From a virus: a stretch of DNA of 46,108 nt. The stretch is from positions 1-46,108 of IMG/VR virus record IMGVR_UViG_3300032374_000005. One strand, written 5' to 3'. The notes under the pieces were generated by a model that saw only the letters and a list, made by a program, of their open reading frames with translations, was not told the DNA's origin and ran no database searches. This document shows, piece after piece, positions 8,738-17,637 of this stretch; the first letter of the stretch is position 1, and each line of letters begins with the position of its first letter. A program made the position numbers and the translations under genes.

Positions 8738-9375
8738 CAGGCCCTCGAAATCCTGAGGTCGCCGAAATTGACGCCGCGCAGCCCCGCGCCCGGCAGCGCG
8801 TTGGTAGCGGTATTCGGGCGAACGCCGCCCCAATAGAGCGTGATCGAGCCCGCGAAGCTCACCTTGCGCATGCCGCCGTCTGCCGGATCAATCAGCCGCT
8901 GGTCGGCATCCGTCCGCATCCTGCCGCCCCGGCGCCCGAGCCCGCGCGCGGCACCCTCGACGGAAACGTTGATCGCCGCCTCGCCGCCGATCGTCTCGTC
9001 GGATGCGACCTGGTCCACCCGGCCCCGGTCGAACACATGCGCGTCGAGCAACTGCGTGCCGGAGGAGTCGAAGATCAGCCGACGCAGCGCTACGGGCGCG
9101 TCGCGGATTTCGTCCTCATCAAAGTCGTCAAGCACGTCCGGATCGATGCCGGACAGCGTGAGGTTGATGCCCGCCGCCGCCGACCCGACCGCCGCGCCGC
9201 TGATCTGCGCCAGCGCGCGATTGCCAATGCCGAGATACGAGCCATCCTCCAGAGGTAGCGTGCCCTCGCCGCTCCACAGGCAGACAGGCGTCTCCGCGCC
9301 GATGTAGCAGGCGCCCGCCACAATGGCGTCGCCGCGCTCGATCGCGGCCATGGCGGCATCGGTGAAGGTCTTCAT
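8737..9375 (-). CDS. Tail-tip/hub protein (GTA g13-like, position-based)
   Basis: 212 aa. ATGA overlap with the upstream gene. Coding-like composition. Function assigned from gene order. Confidence 0.6.
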   Translation of the reverse strand: MKTFTDAAMAAIERGDAIVAGACYIGAETPVCLWSGEGTLPLEDGSYLGIGNRALAQISGAAVGSAAAGINLTLSGIDPDVLDDFDEDEIRDAPVALRRLIFDSSGTQLLDAHVFDRGRVDQVASDETIGGEAAINVSVEGAARGLGRRGGRMRTDADQRLIDPADGGMRKVSFAGSITLYWGGVRPNTATNALPGAGLRGVNFGDLRISRA

Positions 9376-10052
9376 CGCAGATCCTGAATAGCTGTCACCT
9401 TGCCCGAGGTGATCGCCAGCCGCCGGTCGATAGGACCAAGGTCCACCTCCCCCGGCACCAGGCGCATGTGGATCGCAGGGCGGGTCAGGTTCGACGTAGC
9501 CGTGGAGGGCACCAGCAGCGTCGGTACCGGAGGCTCTACGGTGACGGTGATCGCCCCTCCGGCCGTTGCAATGCCGGGCACTACCACCCGCGCTACCGTG
9601 CGGCGTCGGGCAGTCGATCCGCCCCAGGTGAAGCCGATGTAATCCCCCAGGGACAGGGCAAGAGACACCGGAACGCCGGTCAGCGTCAGCAGCGCGTCGC
9701 CTTCGGCGTCGATGGTCTGCGACCAGCCGGACGGATTGCCGTTGGAGAACGACGTGCCGTCCGCCCGCACCATGCTGCTAAAGCCGCCTAGGTGCGCCAG
9801 CGGATACGGACGCCCGAGATCGCGCGCCAGGAAGGTGCGTCCCGGACCTCGCATCCGCGCCACAAAGGCCCGCCATTCATCGGAGCGCGCTGGCCCGATC
9901 TTGCCGATCTGCCATGTCGCGCCCCACAGCGGATTGCCGGCAGCGACCGCGCCGATCCGTCCGCCCGCTTCGGGAGAGAGGAAGTCGACGCGCTGCGGCT
10001 CGAATTGCTGGAGAGAGGCCCCGGTCGTCGGCATCTCGATAGGAAACGTCAT
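9372..10052 (-). CDS. Distal tail protein (position-based)
   Basis: 226 aa. Starts by ATGA overlap with the tape measure stop. Confidence 0.6.
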   Translation of the reverse strand: MTFPIEMPTTGASLQQFEPQRVDFLSPEAGGRIGAVAAGNPLWGATWQIGKIGPARSDEWRAFVARMRGPGRTFLARDLGRPYPLAHLGGFSSMVRADGTSFSNGNPSGWSQTIDAEGDALLTLTGVPVSLALSLGDYIGFTWGGSTARRRTVARVVVPGIATAGGAITVTVEPPVPTLLVPSTATSNLTRPAIHMRLVPGEVDLGPIDRRLAITSGKVTAIQDLR

Positions 10053-13000
10053 CCGATCAACCGCCGCTCAAGACCGTCGTTGACCACGGCGACGATCTGC
10101 CCAGGAAGCTCTTGCCTGAGCTGCATGACCGCTTGCTCCACCCTCGAAAGCCCAGCCGCATCCGCGCCAGTCGCATCGATATTGATCGGGATGTTGATCG
10201 CTGGCATCCGGTCGTTCGCCGCCATCATCCGCCGCGTCTCGCCGGCCGAATAGACCTTGGCGCCGCGAGGCATCTCGACCACTTCCGGCCCATGCTCGCC
10301 CACCAGGGATTGCCCGCCAGTGGCCCATTCCGTGCCGACCGCATAGGCCTGTCCAGAACTCGCGCCGCCCGCGATTGCGCCAATACCTTGCGTCGGATCG
10401 ACAAAGGAGCCGCCAGGATTGTACCAGCTGTCGGCCGAGCCGGCCGCGAGATAGCTGCCGCCGCCACCGAAAAGACCCGCGATGCCTCCCAGGGTTTGAT
10501 TAGCCTGCCCGAACAACGCGTTCTTGAGCGGGTTGATCAGTGCAAGGCGGACGAACTCCTGCTGGATTTCGCCCAGCACGCCCATGACCCGATCGCCCCA
10601 GGTCTCCGCACTCGACGGGTCGAACAGCCGGTCGATGGCACTGCCGCCGATTTGGCTGATCTCGTCCCATGCCGCCGAGTAGCGCCGCGCGCGCTCGGTA
10701 AGCTCCGCCAGCCGCTCGGCATTGGACAGGATCGCCTCGCCATCTGCGCTGGTGGCATCGACGCCCTCGCGCTTGAGCCGCAGCAGCAGATCCAGCTTGG
10801 TGATCTCCGCTTGGCGGAGATTGTCGTTCGCCCCGACCAGCTGCAATTCCCGCTCCGCCATGGCGAGGCTGTCCGCCTGGTCGGCGAAGGTGGAGCGAAC
10901 GAACTCGTCGCGGCGCTGGTTGGCGTCGCGCCGCTTCTGGTCTGCGTCCTTCTCCGCAGCATCATTGGCCTCATATTCGCCGCGACGCCCCTCCACCTCG
11001 GGCAGGCTGAAAGCCTCGGCGCGGGCCTTGATGTACTCGACCCAAGCGCCGGCACGCATGCCCTCGGCATTCTCCGGGTTCAGCTTGGCGATGCTGGCCA
11101 ACGTTTCCGCGTAACGCCCAGCCGCCGCAGCCGCGGGATCAAAGCGCTGCGTCAAATCCGTCAGTTCGCGCGCGCGCTCCTCAGCGACCTTCGCCGCGCC
11201 TGCGAAGTTCTGGAGGTCGATCTTGGCGCCTTCGAAAGCAACATGCCAATGGTCGCTGTGGCCCTTGTCGCCGGGACCGAACAGCTGCTCGACGCCCTGC
11301 CCGTTCCGGCGGATCGAAAGGCCCCAGCCCTCGACCATGTCGCGGACCTGATCCTTGGTGAGCGATCCCATGCCGCCGGCCGGCACGAAGTCGATAGCGC
11401 GACCGGCATAGTGATCCGATCCAGCTACGTGCTTGCCGCCGGTGGTCGACGTGATCCGGACGCCGGGTAGGCTCTCGCGGAGTAGCTTGGAGACATTCGC
11501 GACGGATGCCGCCTCGCGGTCGCGCAACTGCGTAGTCTTGCGGATTTCCGCTTGGCGGTCCTGTTCGGCCTTGATGTCGGCGTCGCGGCGCTCGGTGATT
11601 CGGCGCAGTTCTTCCCGGTACTGGTCGTTTGAGATACCGGACAGCGTGCGGCGGGCGAAGCTTCCGTCCGCCTGCATCTCGTTCCAGGTGCCAGTCTGCC
11701 CCGCGCCGATCGCCTGCTGTGCCTTCAATCGCCCAAGCTCTTGCGTGTACCGAAGGGTGGCAGCCGCCTTGCGGTCCATCGACGCTTCTACGGAGGTGTC
11801 GAGAAGCGGCTGTTGAGCGCGCCGCACAGATTGCTCGCCGCGCGCGATTTCGGTGTCGAGCGAAACAAGGTCCGCCTTGAGCTTCGCCACATTCTCGCGG
11901 CTGCGCGTCAGGGCGGCCTCTGCGGCGACGGCGCCAAAGGACTTCGGGTCATTGGCGAAGGCGGCAAGTCGGCGCTGGTAATCCGCCACCTGCGCTTCGG
12001 CCCGGCGGATGTTTTCAACCAACCCGCCGCGGCTGTCGCGCGACTCGCTCAACTCGCGCTGCGCGTTGAAGAGCGTCTGCTGTTGCTGCTGCCGCTGGGT
12101 ACGAGCCGAACGCTCCAGCTCGTCATTCAGGGCGCGCTGGGCATCGATTTGCCCTCGCACCGTACGAGTCAGCGCCTCTTTGGCCCGGCGGTTCAGCTCG
12201 GTCGCCTCTGCGTCCTTGACCAACTTCGCCGTAGCGCTTTCCAGCGTCTCCTTCTCTTCGGTGAGCTTGCTGATCAGGAAGCCCAGGCCGATCACACTCG
12301 CGGTGATGGCAAGGCCCCAGCCCGACTGCATGAAGGCACCGAACTTGCCGGCCGCACCACTCAACCCGGTGAGGGCAGCGGCTGCCTGCGTACCCTGCTG
12401 CGTCACGGCGGTGATGATCGGGGTGCCGGACTGGATCTGCACCAAGAAGTCCTGCGCCTGATAGGACAGGTTCTGCATGGCGCCGGCATGCGCGCCAGCG
12501 GACACCCCACCCCGGCGCTGGGCAGTCGCCACCGCTTCCAGCGCCGCCTCCTCATGACGCAGCTTGGCGACATACTGGTCCAGCGACAGCGCGCCTTGGC
12601 TCACCAGGTCCCGTGCCTCCGCCATCTCGCGATTGAAGCGGTCCTGCGCCGCATAGGCGGGATCGATCGCCGACATGAGCGCGCGGGTGCGGGCCTCCAG
12701 GCGCTCCTGTGCGCCGATCAGCTCCTCGAACGCTACCGCCGAGCGCTGCGCCGATCCCTCGAATGCGAAGTGCTGCGACCCGGCGCCGATCAAGCCGGAC
12801 TGCGGGACGCGCGGAGGCTCGGCATTGGCGCGCGCTTGGGCCGCCGTCGCGCGATCACGTGCCGCCGCCGCCCGCTCTTCCGCTGCGGCGTATTGATCGA
12901 TGGAGATACGCCCGGCGTCGTACAGCGCCTGTGCTTCGCGGATTGATGCATTGTAGCGCTCTTGCGCCGCCACGCCGGGCTCGATCACCCCGATCAGCGC

Positions 13001-13333
13001 GCGGGTGCGGGCTTCCCACCGCTCCTCTTCGGCAATCAGCGCGGCAAACGCGGCCGCACTCGACCGCGCCGAGCCCTCCCACTGCCCGAACCCGGTGCCC
13101 GCGTTCGCGTCCACGCGCATCTGCACCGCGGACTGCGGCATGATGGCGCTGATTTTGGCCGCCGCATTCGCTTGGCGCTGGATTGCGGCGGTCGCGTCCT
13201 CACTGGCCCGCTCATAGGCCCGCGCCAACCGCTTCGCCGACGCATCCCCGCTCTCCGCGATGGTGTCGAGCGTGCGGGTGATCTCGGGGCCGCCTTCGAC
13301 TCCGAGCCGAATGGAGGTGCGTGCGTCCGCCAT
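10049..13333 (-). CDS. Tape measure protein with internal LAS/M15-type metallopeptidase domain
   Basis: 1094 aa, Ala/Glu/Arg-rich helical. Hydrophobic stretch at ~aa 300-355. Motifs GSDHYAGRAIDF ... GHSDHWHVAF (H-x6-D ... H-x-H) at ~11228-11491. Lies downstream of the G/GT chaperones. Confidence 0.9.
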   Translation of the reverse strand: MADARTSIRLGVEGGPEITRTLDTIAESGDASAKRLARAYERASEDATAAIQRQANAAAKISAIMPQSAVQMRVDANAGTGFGQWEGSARSSAAAFAALIAEEERWEARTRALIGVIEPGVAAQERYNASIREAQALYDAGRISIDQYAAAEERAAAARDRATAAQARANAEPPRVPQSGLIGAGSQHFAFEGSAQRSAVAFEELIGAQERLEARTRALMSAIDPAYAAQDRFNREMAEARDLVSQGALSLDQYVAKLRHEEAALEAVATAQRRGGVSAGAHAGAMQNLSYQAQDFLVQIQSGTPIITAVTQQGTQAAAALTGLSGAAGKFGAFMQSGWGLAITASVIGLGFLISKLTEEKETLESATAKLVKDAEATELNRRAKEALTRTVRGQIDAQRALNDELERSARTQRQQQQQTLFNAQRELSESRDSRGGLVENIRRAEAQVADYQRRLAAFANDPKSFGAVAAEAALTRSRENVAKLKADLVSLDTEIARGEQSVRRAQQPLLDTSVEASMDRKAAATLRYTQELGRLKAQQAIGAGQTGTWNEMQADGSFARRTLSGISNDQYREELRRITERRDADIKAEQDRQAEIRKTTQLRDREAASVANVSKLLRESLPGVRITSTTGGKHVAGSDHYAGRAIDFVPAGGMGSLTKDQVRDMVEGWGLSIRRNGQGVEQLFGPGDKGHSDHWHVAFEGAKIDLQNFAGAAKVAEERARELTDLTQRFDPAAAAAGRYAETLASIAKLNPENAEGMRAGAWVEYIKARAEAFSLPEVEGRRGEYEANDAAEKDADQKRRDANQRRDEFVRSTFADQADSLAMAERELQLVGANDNLRQAEITKLDLLLRLKREGVDATSADGEAILSNAERLAELTERARRYSAAWDEISQIGGSAIDRLFDPSSAETWGDRVMGVLGEIQQEFVRLALINPLKNALFGQANQTLGGIAGLFGGGGSYLAAGSADSWYNPGGSFVDPTQGIGAIAGGASSGQAYAVGTEWATGGQSLVGEHGPEVVEMPRGAKVYSAGETRRMMAANDRMPAINIPINIDATGADAAGLSRVEQAVMQLRQELPGQIVAVVNDGLERRLIG

Positions 13334-13336
13334 GCG

Positions 13337-13678
13337 CTACTCCCCTCCGCTCAGTGCCTGGATGCCGCTCAGGATCGCCGCCTCTACATCGGGCAGCAAA
13401 TCCGCCAGAATGCCCGGGTCAGCCCCGAGCGCCACGCCCACGGTCATGCATGCGCCGAAGTCCAGGCCGATCGGATGACCGGACGGTCCGAGCCTCAGCT
13501 GGCGCCCGCAATCGGCGAGCGCTTCGAAGGCTTGCTCGACCGCTTGGTCTTGGATTTCGTGCTCGCGGTAGGGGCACTTTCCGCACCGCCGCTCTTGCCC
13601 GCAGGCCGATCGGCAGTAATTGGCGCCGGCGTCGCCTTCCCTCCAGTGCCATTCGGCGAGCCGGCGAGCGCGTTTTTT
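13337..13678 (-). CDS. T-like -1 frame extension of the tail assembly chaperone (G-T fusion product)
   Basis: The -1 frame after the slippery A_AAA_AAC reads KKRARRLAEWHW...QAVEQAFEALADCGRQLRLGPSGHPIGLDFG...ALSGGE. It ends at 13337, 4 nt before the tape measure ATG. This is the C-terminal part of track ORF 13337..14002. Confidence 0.65.
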   Translation of the reverse strand, partial: KKRARRLAEWHWREGDAGANYCRSACGQERRCGKCPYREHEIQDQAVEQAFEALADCGRQLRLGPSGHPIGLDFGACMTVGVALGADPGILADLLPDVEAAILSGIQALSGGE

Positions 13679-14037
13679 TCCCGCTCCCTCGTGGCAAAGG
13701 GCATGACATAGGCCGCGTCGAAAGCGTCGAAGAACACCGGGTCGGACAGCACGCGGGCCAGATTTTCCGAGGTGAAGGGAAGCGGTTCGGTGGTGCCGTC
13801 CTCCGCCACCCGCACCACGTCCTGCCAGTCGCGCGCGCCGGCGGTGATCAGGGCATAGGACAGCTCGTCGCCGAGGTCCTCCATCTCGACCGCGTCGTCC
13901 TCCGGCCGCTCCAGTGCGCGGAGGGCGGCGCGGCGCGCGCGGCGCATCATCTGCCGGTCGATCGGCACGAACAGCACCTTGGCGGTGCCGATGGTGAGCC
14001 ACGCCGGTTCCGCGGCGGCTTGCGGTGCGACCAGCAT
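13495..14037 (-). CDS. Tail assembly chaperone (lambda G-like)
   Basis: 180 aa from ATG 14037 (TGATG overlap with the tail tube stop; track ORF 13495..14223 trimmed). Acidic. Lies between the major tail gene and the tape measure. Confidence 0.75.
   Translation of the reverse strand: MLVAPQAAAEPAWLTIGTAKVLFVPIDRQMMRRARRAALRALERPEDDAVEMEDLGDELSYALITAGARDWQDVVRVAEDGTTEPLPFTSENLARVLSDPVFFDAFDAAYVMPFATREREKNALAGSPNGTGGKATPAPITADRPAGKSGGAESAPTASTKSKTKRSSKPSKRSPIAGAS
13672..13678 (-). promoter_or_regulatory. Programmed -1 ribosomal frameshift slippery heptamer A_AAA_AAC
   Basis: Minus strand reads GGG AAA AAA AC (T7 run at 13673-13679 on the plus strand). Zero-frame codons are GAA AAA AAC. The -1 frame is open to 13337. 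Confidence 0.65.
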
Positions 14038-14987
14038 CAGTTGGTGAAGGTCGCGGAAGGGCTGACCAGAATCGCGCGCATCATCCGGCCGGTCCCGTTC
14101 ACTGAGGAGGCCTGCCAGGAGAAGTCCTGCATGATACCGCCGGGGCCGGAGATCTGCAGCTTGGGCCGGGGCAGGAACACGCGGGTGAAGATGATGCGCA
14201 GGCTGTAGAGCCCGACCTGCCACTTGTGCTCGACCGAAACCGGGGTGCCGGCGATGGCTTTGGCCATCAAAGCGGCATCGGCGACGCGGACGCGCATCGT
14301 GCCAGACGCGGCCGGCATACCCTCGTCAGCAGCCTCGATCTCGCTGCTGGGCTGGATCGTCTCGATCTTGTCCAAATTGTTCGTGTAGGTGAAGTCCGCC
14401 GACGCGACTGCGCCGATGGTCGCGCCGTCCATCAGGATCGAGCCGGAGGCTTGGGAGAAGCGCGTCGGATCATCGACATTACCCGCCGCGGGGATCGTGG
14501 TGGTGGCAGAGGGAGTCGTCTCGCCCTTCGCGATGCAGCCGATGGTGGCGTTCAGGAGGCCGGACGGCTGCTGCGACATGCGCAGCGTATTGGCCTTGAC
14601 TCCGTAATTGACCGAGAAGAGCGGCACGCGCGGGTGCCCGATCGGAATGGAGGCGGAGGGCAGGTCCGCCGCGCCACTCTCGAAAAGATGGGTGTAGGGC
14701 GCAGCCGAGCCGGTGGTCGTCGGCGGGCCGAACAGCAGCATCAGCCACTTGCCGAAGGACTTCGGCTCGACCGGCACCACCACGTCGCCGTCATTGACGA
14801 TCACGTCGTAGGTGGGGTCGAACGGCGATCGACCGCCGCCGAGCAGGTCGCTTTCGATCAGCGTCTGTGTCGCGCCGAGCGCGGAGCTGACAAACGGCAG
14901 GGTCGCATAGCCCGTCGCGGGCGGCGTGCCATAGGTCGTCTCGCGACGGAATTGCATGGTCGCGTCGGAACCGCGTGCGCGGGGCAT
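14037..14987 (-). CDS. Major tail (tube) protein
   Basis: 316 aa. Strong RBS AAGGAGAAAG upstream. Position is immediately before the chaperone pair. Confidence 0.7.
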   Translation of the reverse strand: MPRARGSDATMQFRRETTYGTPPATGYATLPFVSSALGATQTLIESDLLGGGRSPFDPTYDVIVNDGDVVVPVEPKSFGKWLMLLFGPPTTTGSAAPYTHLFESGAADLPSASIPIGHPRVPLFSVNYGVKANTLRMSQQPSGLLNATIGCIAKGETTPSATTTIPAAGNVDDPTRFSQASGSILMDGATIGAVASADFTYTNNLDKIETIQPSSEIEAADEGMPAASGTMRVRVADAALMAKAIAGTPVSVEHKWQVGLYSLRIIFTRVFLPRPKLQISGPGGIMQDFSWQASSVNGTGRMMRAILVSPSATFTN

Positions 14988-15014
14988 CGGCTTTCTCCTT
15001 GGTGAAGTGTAGTG

Positions 15015-15470
15015 TCAGGCGAGCGGGGATCGTGTGCCGTAGGAGGCCACGAGCATGAGGTCGGCAGCACTAGCGGGGCGTCCGGACGGCCGATCCCGCT
15101 CCAGGGCCAGCAGGTCATCGGTGGTCGGCGCGGTGATCTCGACCCAGCAGCACAGGCCGCCTAGGGAGAGATCGGACTCCACCGCGTCGCCGATCGCGAC
15201 CAGCATATCGTCAAGCGCTTCCTCGCTGGTGCGAGCGCCGGACCTGTATGCGGCGACCTCCAGCGGAATGCGGTGCTCGTACCAGTACATCCGCGGGCTC
15301 AGGTCTACCTGCGGCTCGCCCGGATCACCGCTGCGCACGATGACGCGGCCGGCGTCGGGGATGACGGTCGGCGCCTCGCTCCGGCCTTCCAGGCCGATCA
15401 CCGTGGCGCCAGGCAGCGCGATGCGGATCAGGTCCTTCACCGCTTGCAGGACTTCAAGGCGTCGGCTCAC
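15015..15470 (-). CDS. Tail terminator / tail completion protein (position-based)
   Basis: 151 aa. ATGA overlap with the upstream gene. Lies directly upstream of the tube gene. Confidence 0.6.
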   Translation of the reverse strand: MSRRLEVLQAVKDLIRIALPGATVIGLEGRSEAPTVIPDAGRVIVRSGDPGEPQVDLSPRMYWYEHRIPLEVAAYRSGARTSEEALDDMLVAIGDAVESDLSLGGLCCWVEITAPTTDDLLALERDRPSGRPASAADLMLVASYGTRSPLA

Positions 15471-16156
15471 AGCAGGTCGAGCCGCCGGATGAATGCGGCA
15501 TCGAAGCGGCGCGACCAGCGCTGCGCCACGCCGTCGAGGTCGAACAGCTTGGGCAGCGTGACGGAAGGCACCAGCGTGAACATCAAGACTTCCTCCGTCT
15601 CTCTGCCGCGCGCAAGGCGTCCTTTGGTGGCGGGCCGGAAGCCGGCCTTGGTCCGCGCTTGCCCTCGCCCACCCGATCGCCGGTTGCCGCGCACGACATT
15701 GGCGAAGGCCAGCACGCTGCCGCGCCGTCCGCGCCGGTAGTGCAGGTCCTGGTCAAAGGCGGTCTCTACCTCTTCGGGCGTCATCGGCAGTCTCTTGCCG
15801 CGACCACCTGAATAGCGTCCGCGGCCCAGCGGCACGCTTTCGGTGGGAATCCACAGGAAGCGCTTGCCGGCGAGGGGTCGGATCGTGGCCCCGCGGGCAA
15901 AAGCGTCCGCGATCCTGGGGGCATTGGACCAGATATAGCCGGTCGGCGTCATGCTCTGGCGGCTCTCGGGATACACCCGGTCGCGCCATGTATTCGCCAG
16001 CCGCTGCCCGAGTCCTGCGCCCGTCGTCTGCACCCGAAGCTCCGCCAGCGCCGCCGGTGTCGTCTCCCGCATGGCCTCCGTAGCAGCTCGGGCGATCTTG
16101 CCCTCGATCCCGTCGACCAGCCTGCGGAAGTCGGGGACGGCGACCTCGACCTTCAC
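15467..16156 (-). CDS. Head-tail connector protein (HK97 gp10-like region, tentative)
   Basis: 229 aa from GTG 16156 (GTGA overlap with the stop at 16153; track ORF 15467..16246 trimmed): VKVEVAVPDFRRLVDGIEGKIARAATEAMRE... Confidence 0.55.
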   Translation of the reverse strand: MKVEVAVPDFRRLVDGIEGKIARAATEAMRETTPAALAELRVQTTGAGLGQRLANTWRDRVYPESRQSMTPTGYIWSNAPRIADAFARGATIRPLAGKRFLWIPTESVPLGRGRYSGGRGKRLPMTPEEVETAFDQDLHYRRGRRGSVLAFANVVRGNRRSGGRGQARTKAGFRPATKGRLARGRETEEVLMFTLVPSVTLPKLFDLDGVAQRWSRRFDAAFIRRLDLL

Positions 16157-16440
16157 GGGCCGGCGGTCACCACTGTCTGCCCCTCGAAATCGTCGGGCAC
16201 GCCGTCGCCATCCGCGTCGGGATGGCTCCCGGCCTCGCCAATCCAAGGCTCGTCCAGCGCGCCGGTCTCGCCCGAGCCATTGCTGGAGCTGCCGTTCGGC
16301 GTGGTCGGCTCCCCGGCGAGCACCCCTGCCGCTTTCAGGCGGACCGCGACCTGGTCGGTGACCTTGAGCGGATTCTGATAAGCGTAGCGGACCCCGCCGG
16401 CGACGATGACAGAACCGATGATCCGGACATCCTTCGCCAT
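16153..16440 (-). CDS. Small virion-module protein, paralog 4 (shared N-domain plus DADGDGVPD motif)
   Basis: 95 aa: MAKDVRIIGSVIVAGGVRYAYQNPLKVTDQVAVRLKAAGVL... EPWIGEAGSHPDADGDGVPDDFEGQTV. Confidence 0.75.
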   Translation of the reverse strand: MAKDVRIIGSVIVAGGVRYAYQNPLKVTDQVAVRLKAAGVLAGEPTTPNGSSSNGSGETGALDEPWIGEAGSHPDADGDGVPDDFEGQTVVTAGP

Positions 16441-16444
16441 CGGA

Positions 16445-16735
16445 TCACCCCACCTGCGGAGCGGAGGCGTCAGCGGTCACGGTCTCACCGTCATATCCGT
16501 CCGGCACACCATTGCCGTCTACGTCGACCGTCTCGCCCGGCTCGTCCAGCCATGGCTCTGCGAGGGTGGTCATCTCCCCGGTGCTCTCGCCGGCATCGAC
16601 CGGCTCACCAGCCAGCACCCCAGCGCGGAAGAGCCGATCCGCCACCGCATCGGTGACGCGCAGGGGGTTCTCGAAGGCGTAGTGGATCGCGCCGGCGATC
16701 GGCACCGAGCCAAGGATCATGACGAACTTTGCCAT
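16445..16735 (-). CDS. Small virion-module protein, paralog 3 (shared N-domain plus DVDGNGVPD motif)
   Basis: 96 aa from ATG 16735 (GGGGGA RBS; track ORF starts at 16750): MAKFVMILGSVPIAGAIHYAFENPLRVTDAVADRLFRAGVL... EPWLDEPGETVDVDGNGVPDGYDGETV. Confidence 0.75.
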   Translation of the reverse strand: MAKFVMILGSVPIAGAIHYAFENPLRVTDAVADRLFRAGVLAGEPVDAGESTGEMTTLAEPWLDEPGETVDVDGNGVPDGYDGETVTADASAPQVG

Positions 16736-16746
16736 ACCTATCCCCC

Positions 16747-17076
16747 TCAATCGTCCGGCTCTGCGCCGACCAGCCAGCGCGTGCTCTCCACATCGCCGAT
16801 CCCGTCGCCGACCAGCCGCAGGACTTCGCCCCCGACGATCTCCCCCGCGATGACCTCGCCGCCGATGGAGAGGGTCTCGCCATCCCGCGGGCGTGCGAGG
16901 TCGCCCGGCATTTCATAGACGTACGTGGCCTGGACGGTCTCACCAACAAGGGCATCCCGGCTGAGCGGAATGACGCGGATCGACACGGCCGGGCCGCGGT
17001 CAGGCAGATAGGCTGCGGCAATGGAGCCGGGCGCTGCGAAAAGCGCCGCCGCAGCCGCCCTGAACGGGTCGGTCAC
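16747..17076 (-). CDS. Head-tail adaptor/joining protein (position-based)
   Basis: 109 aa. ATGA overlap with the upstream gene. Confidence 0.6.
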   Translation of the reverse strand: MTDPFRAAAAALFAAPGSIAAAYLPDRGPAVSIRVIPLSRDALVGETVQATYVYEMPGDLARPRDGETLSIGGEVIAGEIVGGEVLRLVGDGIGDVESTRWLVGAEPDD

Positions 17077-17300
17077 TCGCCCTTGTCGTCCGACGCGGGC
17101 GGGACATCGGCCGTTGCCGGCTCGGGGGCAGGCTTGCGCTTGGACGGCTTCTTGGACGGCACCGGGACTGGGTCCTCAAGGAGCGCGCCGGCGTTCTTGA
17201 GCCGCTCGGCTTCCTTGTCGGACACCTCGATCGGGTTTTCGTGCTGGTAGCGGAGGTTGCCCGCTACCAGCTGAGAGCCGATGATGTTGACGCGGTGCAT
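17073..17300 (-). CDS. Small virion-module protein, paralog 2
   Basis: 75 aa from ATG 17300 (TAATG overlap; C-terminal part of track ORF 17073..17762): MHRVNIIGSQLVAGNLRYQHENPIEVSDKEAERLKNAGAL..., followed by a Lys/Pro-rich tail. Confidence 0.7.
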   Translation of the reverse strand: MHRVNIIGSQLVAGNLRYQHENPIEVSDKEAERLKNAGALLEDPVPVPSKKPSKRKPAPEPATADVPPASDDKGE

Positions 17301-17632
17301 TACACGACCTGGCCGGTCAGAATGACCCGTCCCACGGTGTCGGCGCTCACCTGTGCCTGAACAGCTACGCCGATCAGCGTGTTGTTGGTCGCCGTGGTGG
17401 TCGCGCGCTTGTTCGTGTTGTCCCAGTACACCTTCGCGCCGATAGCCCAAGCCTCGCCAGTGGCCTTGGCGATTTCCGTATCGGCCGTCCGCACGAACAC
17501 GCCGCGGGCGCCACTGGCGTATTTGGCCTTGGCTACGCCGAACAGCGAGCCGATCAGGGCTCCGCCGCCACTTTCGACCGCGTAGGGCGCCGGAGCGGTA
17601 AACTCCGTACCATCCTGCTTGTAACCCTTCAT
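17300..17632 (-). CDS. DUF2190-like head decoration protein
   Basis: 110 aa. GSLFGVAKAKYASGARGVFVRT...AIGAKVYWDNT...LIGVAV...VGRVILTG matches the general DUF2190 pattern as I recall it. Confidence 0.7.
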   Translation of the reverse strand: MKGYKQDGTEFTAPAPYAVESGGGALIGSLFGVAKAKYASGARGVFVRTADTEIAKATGEAWAIGAKVYWDNTNKRATTTATNNTLIGVAVQAQVSADTVGRVILTGQVV

Positions 17633-17637
17633 GGCAT

